From the NCBI GenBank assembly GCA_021842145.1, contig JAKCBW010000002.1:3954-67953 (forward strand): a stretch of DNA of 64,000 nt, given 5' to 3'. The notes beneath the pieces were generated by a model. The model ran no database searches and was not told the origin of the DNA. It saw nothing but the letters and a program-made list of their open reading frames with translations. Of this stretch, positions 10,209-19,180 are shown one piece after another (within the stretch, counting starts at the first letter, position 1; the number at the start of each line of letters is the position of its first letter). The stretch comes from Actinomycetes bacterium. Lineage in GTDB: Bacteria; Actinomycetota; Acidimicrobiia; Acidimicrobiales; Acidimicrobiaceae. The position numbers and the translations under genes are program-made.

Positions 10209-10817
10209 TTAGCTTGGCTTGGAAAGGGTGTCGATGCCCGGATGGATATTGCGACCCTCCAGGGTACTTTGCGCCAGAAGCATTGCTAAGAGTACACCAA
10301 ATATTCCGTATGGCATGAGCGTTTGAATGGGCTTAACTATTAGAACGTCGAGGCCGGAGCCTATTGGCCCATTCTTTGCCGAGCCAATCAGCACCACGTC
10401 ACCCGAGGAATCGATAAGGTGAAGTCCGGTTGGGCCATCGACTTTCATTGCCATTCTCGATCGGCCGTCTGCGGTCTGGATTCTGGCGAAAACCGGTGCG
10501 TGTTTGGAAGAAGGCAGGTTGAATACCATGGTCGTGGATGGTTGCAGGGCACGGTTGAGAAGAGCCGTTGAAACCTTGCCTTCTAATTGGTGGGAGATCA
10601 AGTAGAACTGCGAGGTGTGAGTGGAAGCGTGCCTGATTTGCCAGACGTCGTCGAGCGGCACGGCTATGGCAACTTCTGTCTCTCCGGCTAACCAGTGGAA
10701 GCCATCTTTATCCCCGATTAACTGATAGCTCCCAGATCCATCGGGCGAAAGCCCGCAAAATGGACAAGTCTGAGAGGTGTTGGGAAGGGGTAGACCACAA
10801 GCCGAGCAAGATTCCAC
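10209..10817 (-). CDS. Hypothetical protein with an N-terminal zinc-ribbon and a C-terminal TM helix
   Basis: 'CSACGLPLPNTSQTCPFCG' lies at the N-terminus and a hydrophobic segment 'YGIFGVLLAMLLAQ' near the C-terminus. Confidence 0.45.
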   Translation of the reverse strand: MESCSACGLPLPNTSQTCPFCGLSPDGSGSYQLIGDKDGFHWLAGETEVAIAVPLDDVWQIRHASTHTSQFYLISHQLEGKVSTALLNRALQPSTTMVFNLPSSKHAPVFARIQTADGRSRMAMKVDGPTGLHLIDSSGDVVLIGSAKNGPIGSGLDVLIVKPIQTLMPYGIFGVLLAMLLAQSTLEGRNIHPGIDTLSKPS

Positions 10818-10849
10818 CTTATATTTTTCGGTCTTTTCGGTCTTTTCCT

Positions 10850-11902
10850 TTAGCCCTCGAGGTTGATAAAGTCGATCAATGATCTAAGTCCAGCGTATGA
10901 CCTACGGTTGAATTTAAAGTGGAGTCGATACAGTTCGACATGGTCTTCGTCGGAAATCTCCACATGATGGGGATGTGTAGCTTCAATCCTCCCGGTAGCA
11001 CAAAGGGAAGCAAAGCGTTCATTTACTCTGTCGGTCAATTCCTCACTCGGCTGCCTCTTCAGCCGTAGCACTAAGTCATCGCCGATCCACCTCAGCGAAT
11101 GGTAATTGGCATAGAAACGGACAATTTCGCCCCTCGCTTCTTCTACGGAGTGGCAAATTCTATATAGCTTTAGATCGTCTTCGGAGATCAATCCTCGAGC
11201 AGCGGACTGAGTTTTAAGGAAGTGCTCTAACGCTTCCCAATACCCAATTCCTTCAGGTTCGACCAGCACTAGCGGAGCAAGTTGGGCTTTTCCTGTCTGC
11301 ATCAGCGTGAGTAGCTCAAAAGTTTCGTCCAAGGTGCCAAAACCTCCCGGGAGGGAGGCGAAGGCGTCAGACTCCTTCATAAGCATCAGTTTCCTGGTGA
11401 AGAAGTACTTCATCTCCAGCAACTTCACTCCACCGCCGGGTTCAACAAAAGGTTGTTCGAACGGAAGACTTATATTAATCCCGAAGGCCTTGTGAGCGCC
11501 TGCACCTGAAATTCCAGCCGCCATTATCCCAGGTCCACCGCCGGTAACGATCATCCAGTTATCCGCCGCTACCAGCCCGGCGAGTTCTTTTGCCATTTGA
11601 TAGCTAGCTTCGTCTGGTGAAGTCCTGGCCGACCCAAAGATGGTCAACTTTCTAACTTTTCTATATGGTGCGAAAAGATCGAAAGCGTGACTGAGCTCCG
11701 CAAGGGCTGAGTTCATAATCTTGAGATCGAGTCGATCCTTCTTGGAACCGGCGATCGTGACAGCTTCGCCGATCAGGCGTATGATGATGTCCCTGTTTGC
11801 GGTATCTTGGCCCAGGGATTCGAGGAGGTCGAACACTTGCTGGCGGGCTCTCTCAAAATTCTGCCACTGACCACCTGGTTGCGAGGGTACTTTAGTGGTC
11901 AC
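10850..11902 (-). CDS. LOG-family (TIGR00730) nucleotide 5'-monophosphate nucleosidase-like protein, long form
   Basis: 'TGGGPGIMAAG' and 'PGGFGTLDETFELLTLMQTGK' are the LOG signature motifs. It is 350 aa with N- and C-terminal extensions. Its GTG start overlaps the fbiC stop (GTGA). Confidence 0.8.
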   Translation of the reverse strand: MTTKVPSQPGGQWQNFERARQQVFDLLESLGQDTANRDIIIRLIGEAVTIAGSKKDRLDLKIMNSALAELSHAFDLFAPYRKVRKLTIFGSARTSPDEASYQMAKELAGLVAADNWMIVTGGGPGIMAAGISGAGAHKAFGINISLPFEQPFVEPGGGVKLLEMKYFFTRKLMLMKESDAFASLPGGFGTLDETFELLTLMQTGKAQLAPLVLVEPEGIGYWEALEHFLKTQSAARGLISEDDLKLYRICHSVEEARGEIVRFYANYHSLRWIGDDLVLRLKRQPSEELTDRVNERFASLCATGRIEATHPHHVEISDEDHVELYRLHFKFNRRSYAGLRSLIDFINLEG

Positions 11903-14217
11903 CCTTCAAGGTTCCTACCGGGCTCTGGGTTGACTATTCCATAGAGTGTGTTCCTCTGAAAGAGCGGGCGGTTGGCTCGTTTTGCGATTTCCAAAAAATC
12001 CTCGACCTCCAAAGATCGCCCATGTTCTGATCCAGCGGCGTGTGAGATGTTTTCGTCCATCAGTGTTCCACCAAGGTCGTTGCAGCCTGACCGTAGCAGG
12101 ACGTCGGTTCCCTTCGGGCCCATCTTTACCCAGCTTGCCTGGATATTATCGATTGCACCACTGTATGCGAGCCTCCCAACGGCATGCATGAGCAGTGTCT
12201 CTCGAAAGGTCGGGCCCTTCCTAGAGCGATGTTGGAGGAATATCGGCGAACCCATGTGGACAAACGGGAGCGGCACGAATTCGGTGAAACCCGACGTCTT
12301 TAGCTGGAGGTCTCTTGTGGCTAGGATGTGCTTGACCCAGTGCCGTGGCTCCTCGATAGACCCAAACATTATTGTTACGTTTGAGTTGAGACCTACCTCA
12401 TGGGCGACCCTATGTACTTCCAACCAAGTGTCGGTGTCTATCTTGTCTGGGCACAAAACGGACCTCACCTCGTCATCGAGTATTTCGGCTGCTGTTCCGG
12501 GCAGCGTTCTTAATCCAGCATCTTTGAGCATGGTCAGATACTTTCTTAATGGGAGCCCTGCTCTGGTGGCCCCTTGGTAGACCTCTAGTGCAGAGAATGC
12601 ATGAATATGTATCGACGAGGATATTGACCTGATGGACTTGACCAAACTCAGGTAGTATTCTGCATCAAAGCTCGGATGTATACCGCCCTGCAGGCAGACT
12701 TCGGTAGCCCCGTGGGCCTCGGCCTCCAGTACGCGTTTTTGGACTTCTTCAAGTTCGAGCAGGTAGGGGTTACCCCTCAAGTTGAGAGACAATGGCCCTT
12801 TCGAGAAGGCACAAAACCTGCACTTGAAGGTGCAGATATTCGTGTAATTGATGTTTCGGTTATTCACGAAGGTGATGGCTTCGCCATTAATTTCTTGGCG
12901 CATCTGATCGGCGGCTTCACAGACTTGGTCCACCTCTGAACCTCGAGCAGAAAAAAGTGTGAGGATTTCATTCTCACCCGGTCTTTCTCCTGAGGTGATT
13001 CCATTTAACACCTCGTTGACAGCGCCCTTGATGACTTTGGTACCTTTAGACCGAATCGAAGGTGGATCGACTGCTCCCCCCGAGACCCACTCGTCCTCCC
13101 TGGCGAGCCCAGCAGATTCAGATGCTGCCAGTACTCGGAAGTGTAGGGCAGGGTCTAGCCAGCGCTTTGGAGCTAGCGAAAATGCGGGCTGAATTGCCAG
13201 CCTGGGTACGAGGGAAAATCCAATCGATTCGATCTCCTTAGCCAGGATCTCGATGTGGGGCCAAGGACGCTCCGGATTAACGTGATCGACAGTTATTGGA
13301 GAGATACCGCCAAAATCGGACACTCCGGCATCTAAGAGGGCCGAGGCGTCCTCGCTCAAATTTGGTGGGGCTTGTACGACGATATCTTCTGGAAGTATCA
13401 ACCTGGCTAGGGCAATTGCCCTTTGATAGCTATCCAACGAGGGAGGAGGGAATTCCGCCATGCTGGTACGAGGCTTGGGGAGAAAGTTTTGGACGATCAC
13501 TTCTTGGATGTGTCCAAAATCTTGGTGCAATTGAGCGATGACTTCTAGGGACCTCACCCTATCGGTTTCGTCCTCTCCTATGCCAACAAGTATTCCGGTC
13601 GTAAATGCGATGCCATACTTTCCTGCAGAACGAAGTGTGCTAAGCCGGCGATCGACCGATTTGTCGGGAGCTAGCTTGTGACAAGCCAGGGAATCGTTGG
13701 TGCTTTCCAGCATCATCCCCTGTGAAACCGCCACTTCGCGCAACTTGACGAGTTCGTCGGGACCAAGTGCACCCGCATTGGTATGAATGAGCAATGAAGT
13801 GCTTTCGTTTATGGCTTTAGCGGCTGCATAGAGATAATCAGTGGTGGACTCGTAGCCTCGCTGCTGAAGCCAATTGCGCGCTGCGGCGTATTTGAACTCC
13901 GGTTTTTCACCCAGAGTGAATAGTGCCTCTTTAACCCCTATGTGTTCGGACCGTCTTGCCAATTCAATTACTTCATCGAGTTCCATATATGCGGACTCAG
14001 TTTTTCTGGGGGGCCTAGCGAAGGTGCAGTATCCGCATCTGTTTTGGCAAAGCATTGTAAGTGGAAAAAATGCCTTAGGCGAGTAAGTTATTCGGTTTCC
14101 AGAGATCGAATCACGCTTCTCGGCGGCCGCAAGTAGTAACTCGCTCGTGGGTAATGTCGTTAGTGTTTGACTCATTAACCAACAACCTAACCGAAACTGG
14201 CCCGTTTGCCTAGGCAT
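11899..14217 (-). CDS. fbiC: Bifunctional FO synthase (7,8-didemethyl-8-hydroxy-5-deazariboflavin synthase, CofG+CofH fusion)
   Basis: Two radical-SAM CxxxCxxC motifs ('CQNRCGYCTF' and 'CTFKCRFCAF') in a 772-aa protein. This is the fused architecture typical of Actinobacteria. The true start may be the internal Met at 14175. Confidence 0.9.
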   Translation of the reverse strand: MPRQTGQFRLGCWLMSQTLTTLPTSELLLAAAEKRDSISGNRITYSPKAFFPLTMLCQNRCGYCTFARPPRKTESAYMELDEVIELARRSEHIGVKEALFTLGEKPEFKYAAARNWLQQRGYESTTDYLYAAAKAINESTSLLIHTNAGALGPDELVKLREVAVSQGMMLESTNDSLACHKLAPDKSVDRRLSTLRSAGKYGIAFTTGILVGIGEDETDRVRSLEVIAQLHQDFGHIQEVIVQNFLPKPRTSMAEFPPPSLDSYQRAIALARLILPEDIVVQAPPNLSEDASALLDAGVSDFGGISPITVDHVNPERPWPHIEILAKEIESIGFSLVPRLAIQPAFSLAPKRWLDPALHFRVLAASESAGLAREDEWVSGGAVDPPSIRSKGTKVIKGAVNEVLNGITSGERPGENEILTLFSARGSEVDQVCEAADQMRQEINGEAITFVNNRNINYTNICTFKCRFCAFSKGPLSLNLRGNPYLLELEEVQKRVLEAEAHGATEVCLQGGIHPSFDAEYYLSLVKSIRSISSSIHIHAFSALEVYQGATRAGLPLRKYLTMLKDAGLRTLPGTAAEILDDEVRSVLCPDKIDTDTWLEVHRVAHEVGLNSNVTIMFGSIEEPRHWVKHILATRDLQLKTSGFTEFVPLPFVHMGSPIFLQHRSRKGPTFRETLLMHAVGRLAYSGAIDNIQASWVKMGPKGTDVLLRSGCNDLGGTLMDENISHAAGSEHGRSLEVEDFLEIAKRANRPLFQRNTLYGIVNPEPGRNLEG

Positions 14218-14460
14218 CCAGACTCGGCAGATTGAACTGAAAGGATTTGAGTTTTGGACTGGAGCGGAAAATCTGCAACACTGCGTTTAGCTCCAAGCTA
14301 GTAGGTGCCCTGTGGATTAGGGCAAAAACATTTCCGCTCTGGAGGAGTTAAGTGTAATGTCAGGTTGGTCCCGACATGAGCTAAATGAGCGGTCACTATT
14401 TCTGCTTTCCCGGTCTGCGGTCCCTTTTCCCTTGGAGATGGGTGTATCCCTGGAGGATGG

Positions 14461-15543
14461 CTAGGCGATCCGCTGCTCAAGGGTCAACAGAATCTGCTGG
14501 TGCGAGGCTGCAAATGCCTCAAGGCCCTCTGATTCAAGTTGGATAAAGACCTGATCTAGGTCAATACCAAATTCAGCTAGTTCTCGAAGTAGCGATCTCG
14601 CATCTTCCACTCCATCGGTAAGACCCGTCTTTAGCTCACCGTGGTCTAGGAATGCTTGCAATGTCGCTGGTGGCATTGTGTTGACGGTGTCTGGCCCGAT
14701 CAGGTTATCAACATAGAGTAGATCCGGGTATTGGGGATTTTTGGTGGATGTAGAGGCCCACAGTGGGCGCTGGGGGACACCACCAACACTTTTTAGGTTC
14801 ATCCATTCGTCGGTAGAAGTAAATTCGCAAAAGAAGTCGTATGCCAGTTTGGCCGAAGCCAGTGCCGCCCTACCTTTCAGATGCTTTGGGCCACCCATCG
14901 AATCCAATAGCGCATCGACTAGCGTGTCGGTTCGACTGACAAAGAAGGAAGCAACGGAATGTGTCGACTTTAGTTTCGAAGGATACCTTTCGGCAAGTTT
15001 CTTAATTCCAGCTAGGTGAGCCTGGCAGACCTCTCTATAGCGTTCCAGGCCAAAAATCAGAGTTGCATTTACCGATATCCCTTGGCCAATTACCTCGGTA
15101 ATCGCCGGCAGGCAGTCCTTGGTGGCCGGTATTTTTATCATTAAGTTTGGCATTGCTATTCGGTTATAAATCTCCAAGGCTGATTCGATAGTCGCCGCTG
15201 GGTCTAAGGCGAATTTAGGGTCCACTTCTACAGAGACAAAACCGTCCCGTCCTTCAGAGGCATAGTAGAGGTCTAACAGCTGGTCAGCGGCTCCTTCAAT
15301 ATCCGTCAGGACCAGTTCCCAGTACAGAGATTGAGCAGAGTGACATGATAACTTTTCAATCTGGTCCTGGTAGCCTTCGCCACTGTTAATGGCCTTTGCC
15401 ATTATCGAAGGGTTTGAGGTCAGTCCCCTGACACCTTGGTCTACCAGAGACGACAGAGTTCCGTCACCAAGCCAGGACCGCTCGAGGTTATCTATCCATG
15501 GACTTTGGCCGAAGTCGCCGTAAAGGGCATGAAGCTTTGTCAA
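14461..15543 (-). CDS. tal: Transaldolase (long actinobacterial type)
   Basis: 'SPWIDNLERSWL', 'GLTSNPSI' and the active-site context 'MIKIPAT'. 360 aa. Confidence 0.9.
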   Translation of the reverse strand: MTKLHALYGDFGQSPWIDNLERSWLGDGTLSSLVDQGVRGLTSNPSIMAKAINSGEGYQDQIEKLSCHSAQSLYWELVLTDIEGAADQLLDLYYASEGRDGFVSVEVDPKFALDPAATIESALEIYNRIAMPNLMIKIPATKDCLPAITEVIGQGISVNATLIFGLERYREVCQAHLAGIKKLAERYPSKLKSTHSVASFFVSRTDTLVDALLDSMGGPKHLKGRAALASAKLAYDFFCEFTSTDEWMNLKSVGGVPQRPLWASTSTKNPQYPDLLYVDNLIGPDTVNTMPPATLQAFLDHGELKTGLTDGVEDARSLLRELAEFGIDLDQVFIQLESEGLEAFAASHQQILLTLEQRIA

Positions 15544-15574
15544 CTGATGCTCGCCTTTTTTTCGAGTTTAGACC

Positions 15575-16765
15575 TTATAACCTAGTAGCAATGTCCTGTG
15601 AGTGCCAAACGGCGGCAGCGGAGGTTGAAATCGCCTCTTTGAACCCCCCATGTTGCACCTTGATTCGGTCAACGAGAATCCTGTAGAGTCCTTCGTTGAG
15701 TCTACTAGGGGGAGATTCAACTATGGCCTGATTCGACAGCGCAGCTTGATCCCTTTTTTGGGTTTTGGAGAAAACGATCCCCTGTCGTTTTAGCATTTCG
15801 CCAGTTGTTGAGGGTGAAATCGATGTCGTATAGACCATGAATTGAACCGCCGAACCAAGCGCCAGCTCATCGGTAGTCGTTATGGCCTCGGATGTCAGAT
15901 CTATATCGACAATTGAGCAGATGTCGAAGTCTCCTGTCCCGTAGTCGAAGAGGTATGGATTCTGGGGTATCCCGAGAGCAATGTCCGACAATTGGGGGAT
16001 ATCATCGGGTGCAGCGAGTTCGTGGATACTCTGCGTGGCCGCCTTCATCAGTTGAAGAGCGGCCGGTCGGCCTGCAACTTCTAGTAAGTCGCGCCCCTTT
16101 ACCTTTGTTATCACCATGGGTACTCCGAGCGGAATGACGCTTTGGTGTGTGGGTGAAAGAGGTTCGAATTTCAGCGGACTTGCTCCCCAAAGCAAGACCA
16201 GTGCAGATGGAGGAGTTGGATCTTGGATACCTAGTCGACCCCAACTAGTTTTTCTCTGTCCCTTAGCCCCAACCAGGATGAGCTTAGATCCAGGGAATAC
16301 GGTATTCCAGAGGGTCAGAAAATGATCATCGAAGTTCTCATTTGAAAAGCTGAACAGCATTCCTGTGGGATCAACCCCCTTATGGGCAAGCCTCTCTGCT
16401 TTAAGGCTTGTGATCCAGTGGCCTTCGGTGTTCATTTCTTGATTGAGATCCTCGATGATAGAAATTGGGACCCCGGTTATGTTAAGTATCAGCGAAGCCG
16501 GTGTTTGGGGGGCAGTGGAGGTCATCCCCGGCAGCGAATCGACGGTAAATCCGAGTAGATTCTTCGGTGCAAGCAGGTGATCGACAGTTTTGATGCATAG
16601 CTTTCCCTGAGATGCGAAGTGCCTCGGCAAGATTAACAAGGTGAAGTCGGGTGATTTATCTGATCCAGCAATGGATTCGCCTACTAATTCACCTACTGCC
16701 CCGGCCGCATCATGGTCAAAGGAGTAATAGGTGTTAATTATCGGGCTCATTGAATTTTCCAACAA
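15575..16765 (-). CDS. FIST-domain-like sensory protein (tentative)
   Basis: 396-aa soluble protein. Its N-terminal layout ('PDFTLLILPRHFASQG...LLGFTVDS') resembles FIST_N/FIST_C proteins. This was recognised from memory only. Confidence 0.4.
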   Translation of the reverse strand: MLENSMSPIINTYYSFDHDAAGAVGELVGESIAGSDKSPDFTLLILPRHFASQGKLCIKTVDHLLAPKNLLGFTVDSLPGMTSTAPQTPASLILNITGVPISIIEDLNQEMNTEGHWITSLKAERLAHKGVDPTGMLFSFSNENFDDHFLTLWNTVFPGSKLILVGAKGQRKTSWGRLGIQDPTPPSALVLLWGASPLKFEPLSPTHQSVIPLGVPMVITKVKGRDLLEVAGRPAALQLMKAATQSIHELAAPDDIPQLSDIALGIPQNPYLFDYGTGDFDICSIVDIDLTSEAITTTDELALGSAVQFMVYTTSISPSTTGEMLKRQGIVFSKTQKRDQAALSNQAIVESPPSRLNEGLYRILVDRIKVQHGGFKEAISTSAAAVWHSQDIATRL

Positions 16766-16993
16766 TTGATCCTAAAGAAGCTACGACACGAAACGTACTT
16801 AGATACGATCGGCCGAATAAGCGACCACATTAAACCATTGGAATGAATTTGCGGAAGTTTGATTGTCCTTAGCAATGGCCATGGCGGCCCGTCGCTCCAA
16901 AAATGAAGTAGCGAGATTGCACCACTCAGATATTCGCTAAATGCTTAGAGCCTGGGTGATTCAGGCCAATTGATAAAGAGAGCGAGCCTAGAG

Positions 16994-17734
16994 CTATGCG
17001 GCTGGCTGTTTTTTGAACTTAGGAGCCGACAGGCGAACGGTAGCCAAATGGAGCTTGACCAGCAGCGAAATGATCGGCCACGCTGGGTCAATCTGTCCCT
17101 TTAGGAACGATAGTTTTGCCGCAGTTGGGGCGGCATGATGGTTATTGTGCAGTCCTTCGCCGAATGTCATTAATGCCAACCAAGTATTATTAGTTGCGAG
17201 ATTTTCATAGGGTCTTTTGCCAAAACTGTGCCCAATGGCATTTATCGCACCCGATAGGCCAAGGTAGGCCACCAGGTGGACCATCGAGGCAATAAGGGCA
17301 ACTTTCCACCCACCCGCAAGGATGAGGATCGAAATTCCTATGGCCAGGCCGACAAATGAACGGTCAAAAAGTACTTCATCCCACCGATCGGGTTGAAGGT
17401 CCTTAGCGTATTTAGTGACAGTATCTCCGTTGAGAGCTTCTTTGCGGTAGTAGTAGACGTTTGCAAACTGGACCTTGTAAAACCCCAGCAGTACTGGTGA
17501 ATGTGGATCCCCCGGTACGTCGGTGAATGCATGATGTTTTCTATGCACCGCAACCCATTGCCGTGGCCTTATTCCGGTGGTTATCCACAGAACGATTCGA
17601 AAGAGTAGTGCTACGCGGCTGTTAAATACGACAGCCTTGTGAGAAAGTGACCTATGGAGATAGACCGTTGTGATCAGGATTGATACCTGGGTGATCGCAA
17701 GCCCTGCAATCACGCCGACAATTGCAGAGTGCAT
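16994..17734 (-). CDS. Membrane fatty-acid (acyl-CoA/acyl-lipid delta-9 type) desaturase
   Basis: Three His boxes, 'HRSLSH', 'HRKHH' and 'HNNHH', with TM helices. 246 aa. Confidence 0.8.
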   Translation of the reverse strand: MHSAIVGVIAGLAITQVSILITTVYLHRSLSHKAVVFNSRVALLFRIVLWITTGIRPRQWVAVHRKHHAFTDVPGDPHSPVLLGFYKVQFANVYYYRKEALNGDTVTKYAKDLQPDRWDEVLFDRSFVGLAIGISILILAGGWKVALIASMVHLVAYLGLSGAINAIGHSFGKRPYENLATNNTWLALMTFGEGLHNNHHAAPTAAKLSFLKGQIDPAWPIISLLVKLHLATVRLSAPKFKKQPAA

Positions 17735-18350
17735 TCATCAACGCTAGCTGTTAATGCTAGAAATCTAGCAATTTTGGAAATATCCCTCTCAGCTGAACTG
17801 AGGATTCAGAAAGCGATTTCGGGCCGCTGCCAGAAGCGAAACCATCTATAGGAGATTGACCTGAGATACTCATTTGCCCAGGCAGGTGCGCTCCAGCAAT
17901 ACTCTGTCTTCCACGTTACCCATTTAGCATTACCCAATAAGCGTTAGCCATTTAGCAACAAGGCTAGCTATCCCCAAAATCTAGATGCTTGGATGGGCGA
18001 GTTCGTTCGGATTTAAGCCAAACCACCCCTGTTCTATGACTAGGTGAGGTTTGCTCGAAATTCGTCGAACCTTTATCTCGGTTCACCGAACCGCCTAGGC
18101 ACAGAGGTGAAGTTCAACGTCGTTGCGTCGAAGGAAGTAAAGTCGCCATTAGCAAAGCGCTTTATGTAGCAGCTTTCCAGTGGTTGGATCTGCCGAACGG
18201 TATCCTTGATTGCAGGGCAGAAGGATCTTTCGTAATATCTGTCTCGGCGACTTTGTAATTGCTTTTCTGATTAGATTTTTGATAGCAACTTTTCTGGAAG
18301 TGCTAGTTGGGTCCCTGCCGGGAGATCGGAGGGTCAGTTGGGAGTTTGCA

Positions 18351-18671
18351 GTGTGGCGCAAAGCTGCTAGTAATCCTAAGTCTTTGGCCGCTGAAGTCAA
18401 AGACTTGGTGGTCGCTTACCTCAAGCAGGAGACCTTGGGGCCTTTAAAAGGGATTGGACGTTACCTCGGCTTCGGCGTTGCGGGTTCGGTTCTAGTAGCA
18501 GTCGGACTGCTGATGCTGATGCTTGGAATCTTGCGTCTCCTTCAGAGCGAGACGGGGTCAGCTTTCACCGGTAACCTGTCGTGGCTTCCGTATTTGATTA
18601 CGGCGGCAATTGCAACGGTATTTTTGGCAATCACCGCAATTGCGATTCGGCGACAACCCAAAAGATTTTAG
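18351..18671 (+). CDS. Small two-TM membrane protein (actinobacterial holin-X/DUF1469-like, tentative)
   Basis: The ORF-track frame is 18210..18671. I prefer the GTG at 18351, which is preceded by GGGAG. The protein has two hydrophobic helices and the motif 'LKQETLGPLKGIGRYLGFG'. Confidence 0.4.
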   Translation: MWRKAASNPKSLAAEVKDLVVAYLKQETLGPLKGIGRYLGFGVAGSVLVAVGLLMLMLGILRLLQSETGSAFTGNLSWLPYLITAAIATVFLAITAIAIRRQPKRF

Positions 18672-18689
18672 AAAAAGGGAGGTCGTTAT

Positions 18690-18902
18690 ATGGACCATTT
18701 TGAAAAAAAGATATCTCCTAGTGATATCGAGGCCAAGCTTAGGGAACTCCAAGGCGGGCTTGACAGGGCCAAGGAGACTGCGAGACCGGCTTTGAATTCG
18801 ATAGGGGCTATTGCCGCTACGGCGGTAGTCGTAGTGGTGTTTTTGGTTGGTGTTAAATTTGGCAGGCGCAAAAACGCGACCGTAGAAGTTAGACGAATAT
18901 GA
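18690..18902 (+). CDS. Small single-TM protein
   Basis: 70-aa ORF with an amphipathic N-terminus and a C-terminal TM helix ('AIAATAVVVVVFLVGV'). An AGGGAGG Shine-Dalgarno sequence lies upstream. Its stop overlaps the next start (ATGA). Confidence 0.4.
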   Translation: MDHFEKKISPSDIEAKLRELQGGLDRAKETARPALNSIGAIAATAVVVVVFLVGVKFGRRKNATVEVRRI

Positions 18903-19180
18903 GCCAAATGATGAATATGCTGATGAATTTTTTTTCCAAGACCGGCGGCGGGGGAGGAACCAAGGTTAAAAGAGGTGCTAGAGGAGTTTTTACCTTGGAT
19001 ACTTTGATCAGACGAGGAAGTCGATCTACCTGGCCACCGCTTGCGGCGCTTTCGATGTCGATCATTGCCATTAGATGGTTGAAGAAGAGGATGGGGCCCA
19101 AAACTATATCCATGACTGTTCGACCTGGCGAAAGTTACATTGTTTCCTCAATCCCTAAATCAAGGGGCATGAATCGCTAG
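18899..19180 (+). CDS. Small basic hypothetical protein
   Basis: 93-aa ORF. It is coupled to the upstream ORF by an ATGA overlap and abuts the trmI start. No recognisable motif. Confidence 0.3.
   Translation: MSQMMNMLMNFFSKTGGGGGTKVKRGARGVFTLDTLIRRGSRSTWPPLAALSMSIIAIRWLKKRMGPKTISMTVRPGESYIVSSIPKSRGMNR

Noticed and set aside
11946-14136. Several 60-200-aa plus-strand ORFs inside fbiC
   Set aside because: They are antisense shadows of a 772-aa CDS with two radical-SAM motifs, and they have no motifs of their own.
14400-14445. SRP (4.5S) RNA-like motif 'cagaccgggaaagcag' on the minus strand
   Set aside because: It only loosely resembles the conserved GGUCCGGAAGGAAGCAGC helix-8 sequence. The flanking sequence cannot form the expected long hairpin.
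18149-18400. 83-aa minus-strand ORF in the long intergenic region
   Set aside because: It is basic and low in complexity, has no Shine-Dalgarno sequence, and overlaps the start region of the plus-strand membrane-protein gene. It is probably spurious, though this is not excluded.
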